64,000 bases of DNA, taken from positions 72,292,001-72,356,000 of the forward strand of contig CM059435.1 in NCBI GenBank assembly GCA_030390025.1, written 5' to 3'. A program made the translations under genes and the position numbers. Position 1 is the stretch's first letter. Every line of letters starts with the position of its first letter. The DNA comes from Squalus acanthias (Eukaryota). Shown one piece after another: positions 59,301 to 64,000 of this stretch. The notes under the pieces are model-generated. The model was not told where the DNA came from and made no database searches. It saw only the letters and a program-made list of their open reading frames with translations.

Positions 59301-60044
59301 AGCTTAATTTGTAAAAAGATAACTGTGTGAAATATTTAGTTCAAATAACCGATACATCATTGTTCAAAATCATCAAAATTGTGTGAAGGTTTTATCAAAA
59401 CTGAGAGTTTAGGTTGTTTTGTTAAGATTGTTCAATCTCTCTGGATGATGGTAATCGAGGGAGTTTTGTCCCACAGCCTCGGTTTAATATCTCATCTGAA
59501 AGCCTTCATTTTGCCATGCTTAACTGGGTTATACTTTAGTGGCCCCTTCCAGCTCTGATGACTACATCCCATAACTGTGAAGGATGGTTACTAATACCTG
59601 ACCAGCTGAACCGAGCTATATCACATTATGTGATGCAGTATTGTCATGAGGCTGGGTGAAACCAAACTTCCCAGTTCCATTGATTTATTTTTAAGTAGCC
59701 CGAGTTATTAGGTGTGTGGTTGGGGATATTGAAGGGCTCGCATGGGAACTGTGACTGATGTGTCACCACATCTATTGTAACAAATTGGTGCGAACTTGAG
59801 ATGGTTCTGTGAAAGATTGTTCCAAAAGTGTGAAGTTCTGCTGTGTCTTGATGGTACGTTCATCAGATTGGACAACAAATCCCTTTCTTTCATGGGTGTG
59901 GCTCCAGTTTCCCAGATGTCTGATCATAATATCCTCCTCTGAAATGATCGCCGTGTCTTACAGTCACTCCAAGGGCATGCGACGGGATCAACTAACTTTT
60001 ATCAACTGATCTTGGGCTGTTCATGAACGAACTGAAGGTGCTTT

Positions 60045-60305
60045 GACAGAACCTCCCAAACCCGCAACCTTTACCACCTCACAGGACAAGGTAAGCAGGC
60101 GCATGGGAACACCATCACCTCCAAGTCACACACCATCCTGACTTGGAAATATATTGCCAGAGGCTGCAGAGAGATATAGACAGGTTGACTGAATGGGCAA
60201 GAACATGGCAAATGGAATCCAATGTGGGGAAGTGTGAAGTTATCCACTTTGGTAGGAAAAACAAAAAAGCAGAATATTTTTTGAATGGTGAGCGACTGGG
60301 AAATG
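60045..60305 (+). mobile_element. Fused fragments of LINE family B (to ~60154) and CR1 RT
   Basis: gggaacaccatcacctccaagtcacacaccatcctgacttgg joined to QRLQRDIDRLTEWA..WQME.NVGKCEVIHFG. Confidence 0.7.
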
Positions 60306-60527
60306 TTTTACTTTTTAAGTTGGCATAATTAATCAAATACATGCACCACCTGTATTAGCATAATTCTACTGCTAGATATCGCATGAGTCAAGATGTTGTG
60401 TGAGGTGCCAGGACAGACGAGCTAAGGTATTAAATATCACTTGCATCCACTGGGATGATATCTTCTGTTCTTCATTGTAAGTTGTTGTGGTGATCCTGGC
60501 CAAACCGGAGAGCTCTTTGCTAGCCTC

Positions 60528-61370
60528 TGTAGGCATACACAGACCCTTAATTCTTCATTTTTAATATTTCTTGAAATGCTTTGCCAGGCAAAAAGGATTT
60601 TCCAAGTGAAATAAAGTTGGTGAATGTAACAAGCAGTCTTTCACTGATAAGGCAGGAAACATGGTTGTGACTGCAGGGGGTAGTCATAGACAACAGAGAT
60701 AAACAAACCTCCTTAGATTTTGCAGACATGGTGTCTCTGATGACTTTTTGGAGGTTAAAGGGGAGAAGTTAAACCTTTGAAGTTTTGGAATGCAGAATAC
60801 GACGTAACTCATGATCCTAACCAAGTGGTTTTCTGCCACTTTTGTAAACTTTAGGAGTGAATGAACAATTTTGGGCTGTGATAAAGACAAGCTAATGGAT
60901 AGCGACACAGGATGAGTTCATGTGAACGTTTGACAGCTCAAACAGCTCAGACCAACATTAAAGGAACATTTCACTATCTCTGAATGATTGATTTACTGCA
61001 GAAGACAAGGAAAGCTGTATAAAGCACAGTGGCTAAAGAATATTGGCACTGCAGTCAGAGGAAGGAGGCTTGGCCAGTCATTTCGCCTACGAGGATCAGG
61101 CTGCAGTCAGAAGGAAGGGCCCGGCCAGTCTTTTCGCTTACGAGGACCTTCAATCAATGCTGGACTGATCATCGGTGGGTGGTTGTATGTATGATTTCTT
61201 GTAATATTATTGGTGAACTGCTCGAATAGTGGTTGGGGTTTTGAATCTGTCTTAGGAACAATAAAAGGTTAAAGACAGAACCCGTGTGTCTGGTGTAATT
61301 TCTCATAAGTCTCAAGTCCGAACTTTGTAACCTGTTGGACGGGGCGAGGGGTAATTCCGCACGTCTTACA
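60528..61370 (+). mobile_element. Solo LTR, 843 bp
   Basis: TGTAGG...CTTACA ends; 4-bp TSD CCTC (60524-60527, 61371-61374); TATAAA at 61018; AATAAA at 61260; internal ~47-bp tandem duplication. Confidence 0.75.
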
Positions 61371-62079
61371 CCTCAGATAGATCACTTAATAAGGAGAAGA
61401 TTCTTGGAATATGCACCTTGAGCCAGCACACAGCACATTAAGTTCTCCCTTGAATGCCTCAATCTCGAAGCTGAGAATATTCATACATCAGTTGTTTATT
61501 CTGAACATAGTTAAGCTTGTAATCTGAATCTGTCAAAAAGAAAAGCAAAACTTTTGAGACAGGCTTAGGAATGACAGATGGTACGGCCGGACTAAAATGA
61601 TTCCTGATTTCTCAGGAACATTTAAAATAAAAATAGCTGCAGGCAAGTTTCCAAGGAAGAATTGTACACACTCATTGTAAGTGATCATTCTGTTGCTCTT
61701 TGATAAAACTGTCTCTTTAGAATTGCAGGCTTGTGGGTGTCATTGCTTTTTTACACCTTAAATTACAGCAACAATGAAGTGTGACATCCTAAACCACAAG
61801 ATATTTATTTAAATTACATTCCTTAACTGGATCTCTACTCAGTGGATACTATATTTTACCGTAGCCCTTATAGTTAGCTGACCTTACAGAATATATGGAG
61901 CTGTTTCTAACTGTAACAAAGAAGCTCTGAATTTATGGCTTTAGTATGGAGTTAGAACCAAACTTTACAGTTGTGGGTTTTTTTCTCTGCCAGTATAGAA
62001 ATTCCATGATGCGGAGATGCCGGTGTTGGACTGGGGTGGACAAAAATGAGAAGTCGCACAACACCAGGTTATAGTCCAA

Positions 62080-62824
62080 GGGGTAAAAATTCAGTTGGTT
62101 GCGCCTCCCGTTAGCGCCTTAAGAGGGCGCTAATGGGGCGCAAAGCCGCTAACGCCCGGGCGCAGCGATGTTTGCGCCGCTCGGGAACTTAACTAGAGAT
62201 TGTGCGGTGGCGCTAAACTTTACCGCTGCGACCACCTGCGCGCGCAGATTGTGACGTCATTCCATGGTGCAACGCCCTTGTGGCGCCCCGGAGCGGAAAT
62301 TGAGTGGCGCCCCCTGCCTTACCGCCTGGCGCATCCAACAACCAGAAGACTGGAACGCTATCAATCGCTGTGGGGCTGGGGGGGGGGGCGCTATTTAAAG
62401 GGGGCCTCTTCCTGTCTTTTTCTGTGGTTGACATTTTTGCACCACTCGTTCTGAGAGAGAGAGAGAGATTCGGAGAGAGAGAAAGAGAGACTTCTGCATT
62501 GACTCAACGCTTTGTGAGGTAGTTTTGCCTACTGATCCTAACAGTTGGCCCCCCCCCCGCTTTAAGAACTGGCCGGCGCCAGTGTGTCTGTGTTCCCTCG
62601 CTAACTGGCAGCAGCTGCGCTGCGCTCGCGCGCTGAGTTAGCGCCTCACTGCTCGGCCTTTGCGCCTTAAGACAGGTGTGCAGCGCCTGATTTAGCGCTC
62701 CACTCACCTCTCGGGGCGGTAAAAGTGAAGTTTCCAGTCAGTGGCGATAATTAGCGCCAGGCGCTAATATTTGCGTCCAGACGATATTTGCGCCCCAAAT
62801 GGGGCGCGACCTAATTTTTCCCCC
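62080..62824. mobile_element. Harbinger-type MITE, 745 bp
   Basis: TIRs GGGGTAAAAATT / AATTTTTCCCCC; TSD CAA (62077-62079, 62825-62827). Confidence 0.9.
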
Positions 62825-62845
62825 CAACAGTTTTATTTGAAATTA

Positions 62846-62876
62846 CGAGCTTTCGGAGCTCTGCTCCTTCGTCAGG
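62846..62876 (-). ncRNA. Minimal hammerhead ribozyme core motif
   Basis: CUGACGA-A-GGAGC-AGA-GCUCC-GAAA-GC-UC: both core boxes, 5-bp stem II, palindromic AGCU stem III. Confidence 0.55.
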
Positions 62877-63252
62877 TACAGCGCTCCGAAAGCTCGTAAT
62901 TTCAAATAAAACTGTTGGACTATAACCTGGTGTTGTGCGACTTCTCATTTTTGAAATTTCATGGGCCTTTGATCCCAACATGACTGCTGGGATCTGCCAG
63001 CCAGGAACATCTGCGCTTACCCTGTTTAGATTCTCTAGGGTCAGCGGCAAGTTCTGTCATTTAAATATTAGGTGCACTGGGGCACATTTCTGGCTGGTAC
63101 CAGAATACAGCTAAGGCTGCCCTCTTTGAAGGAGGGGTGGCAGCCCCCCATCTACAACCTCCGAAACACGGCATAATTGTTCCCCCTTCAAAAGGGACCT
63201 GAAAAAATAAACTTAAGAAAAATGAAAATCTTCAGGGTGTAGGCCACAACCC

Positions 63253-63660
63253 ACTTTTTCAAGGAGGCTTTGAGGGTGTCCTTGAAGCGTTTCCTCTGCC
63301 CACCTGGGACTCTCTTGCCGTGCCGGAGCTCCGAGTAGAGCGCTTGTTTTGGGAGTCTCGTATCAGGCATGCGGACAATGTAACCCGTCCATCGGAGCTG
63401 ATCGAGCGTGGTCAAAGCTTCGATGCTGGGGATGTTGGCCTGAGCGAGAACACTGACGTTGGTGCGCCTATCCTGCCAATGGATTTGCAGGATCTTGCGG
63501 AGGCAGCGTTGGTGGTACCTCTCCAGTGCTTTGAGGTGCCTGCTGTACATGGTCCATGTCTCTGAGGCATACAGCAGGGCGGGTATCACTGCTGCTCTGT
63601 AGACCATGAGCTTAGTGCCGGGTTTGAGGTCCTGGTCTTCAAACACTCTCTTCCTCAGGC
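63253..63660 (-). mobile_element. RTE-clade LINE C-terminal fragment
   Basis: TKLMVYRAAVIPALLYASETW, YHQRCLRKILQIHWQD, QLRWTGYIVRMPDTRLPKQALYSEL, GGQRKRFKDTLK. Confidence 0.92.
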
Positions 63661-64000
63661 CACCACAGACCCAATTCACGTACGAACGGGGTCAAGCAGG
63701 TCTTCCTTGCTCTTCTCGCTCTTCTCGATCTTCCTTGCTGCAATGCTCCATCTCACCCTCAGTAAGCTCCCCTCTGGGGTGGAGCTAATTCACAGAACAA
63801 ACGGGAAACTGTTCAACCTCGTCGCCTCCAGTCCAGATCCAAGGTCGTCCCATCCTCTGTCGTCGAATTACAGTATGCAGACGACGCTTGCGTCTGCACT
63901 CACTCGGAGGTCGAACTCCAAACCATCGTCAACACCTTCACCGAAGCGTACGAGAGCATGGGCCTTACACTGAACATCCGTAAGACAAAGGTCCTCTACC
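63661..64000 (+). mobile_element. RTE-clade LINE RT fragment, inverted relative to its neighbour, runs off the window
   Basis: GVKQG (frameshifted), LFSIFLAAML, ELQYADDA, GLTLNIRKTKV. Confidence 0.9.

Larger units (their letters stand above)
62009..62952. mobile_element. Penelope-derived palindromic element, split by a MITE
   Basis: 71-bp perfect inverted repeat once the MITE is removed; flanking 11-bp direct repeat gaaattccatg / gaaatttcatg. Confidence 0.75.

Noticed and set aside
63021-63060. Minus-strand first exon MTELAADPRESKQ-G|gtaagc, phase-compatible with the 42079 acceptor
   Set aside because: Appears to lie in a MITE-like relic; phase match is a 1-in-3 chance and there is no promoter evidence.
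1-64000. Prokaryotic systems (CRISPR arrays, operons, retrons, DGRs)
   Set aside because: No repeat-spacer array or dense gene packing; all RTs belong to eukaryotic retroelements.

Overview
This is eukaryotic, repeat-dense vertebrate DNA, not prokaryotic. The repeat mix (many CR1 subfamilies with 8-bp microsatellite tails, L2, RTE, Deu-domain tRNA-SINEs, Penelope-type palindromes, Harbinger derivatives) points by inference to a cartilaginous fish (shark-like) intron or intergenic region. No host gene is securely identified: there is one reasonable minus-strand exon candidate (41808-42079) and one weaker plus-strand candidate. Almost all long ORFs are transposon-derived. The most notable object is a compact, young, full-length Ty3/Gypsy LTR retrotransposon (48550-52983, 194-bp LTRs identical at 192/194, GCCCT TSD, one frameshift). 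It has no tRNA primer-binding site; instead an 11-nt PBS is perfectly complementary to its own LTR (candidate self-priming), and its RT motif is YLDN. Other highlights: a family of CpG-rich Harbinger MITEs with provable 3-bp TSDs plus several Myb/SANT-like relics; a Penelope-derived perfect palindrome with a hammerhead-ribozyme core; a 45-nt locally templated insertion inside a MITE; an 843-bp solo LTR with a 4-bp TSD; an inverted RTE; and a CR1 with a duplicated 3' UTR. Boundaries of old repeats are approximate, and family names come from motif recognition, not database searches.
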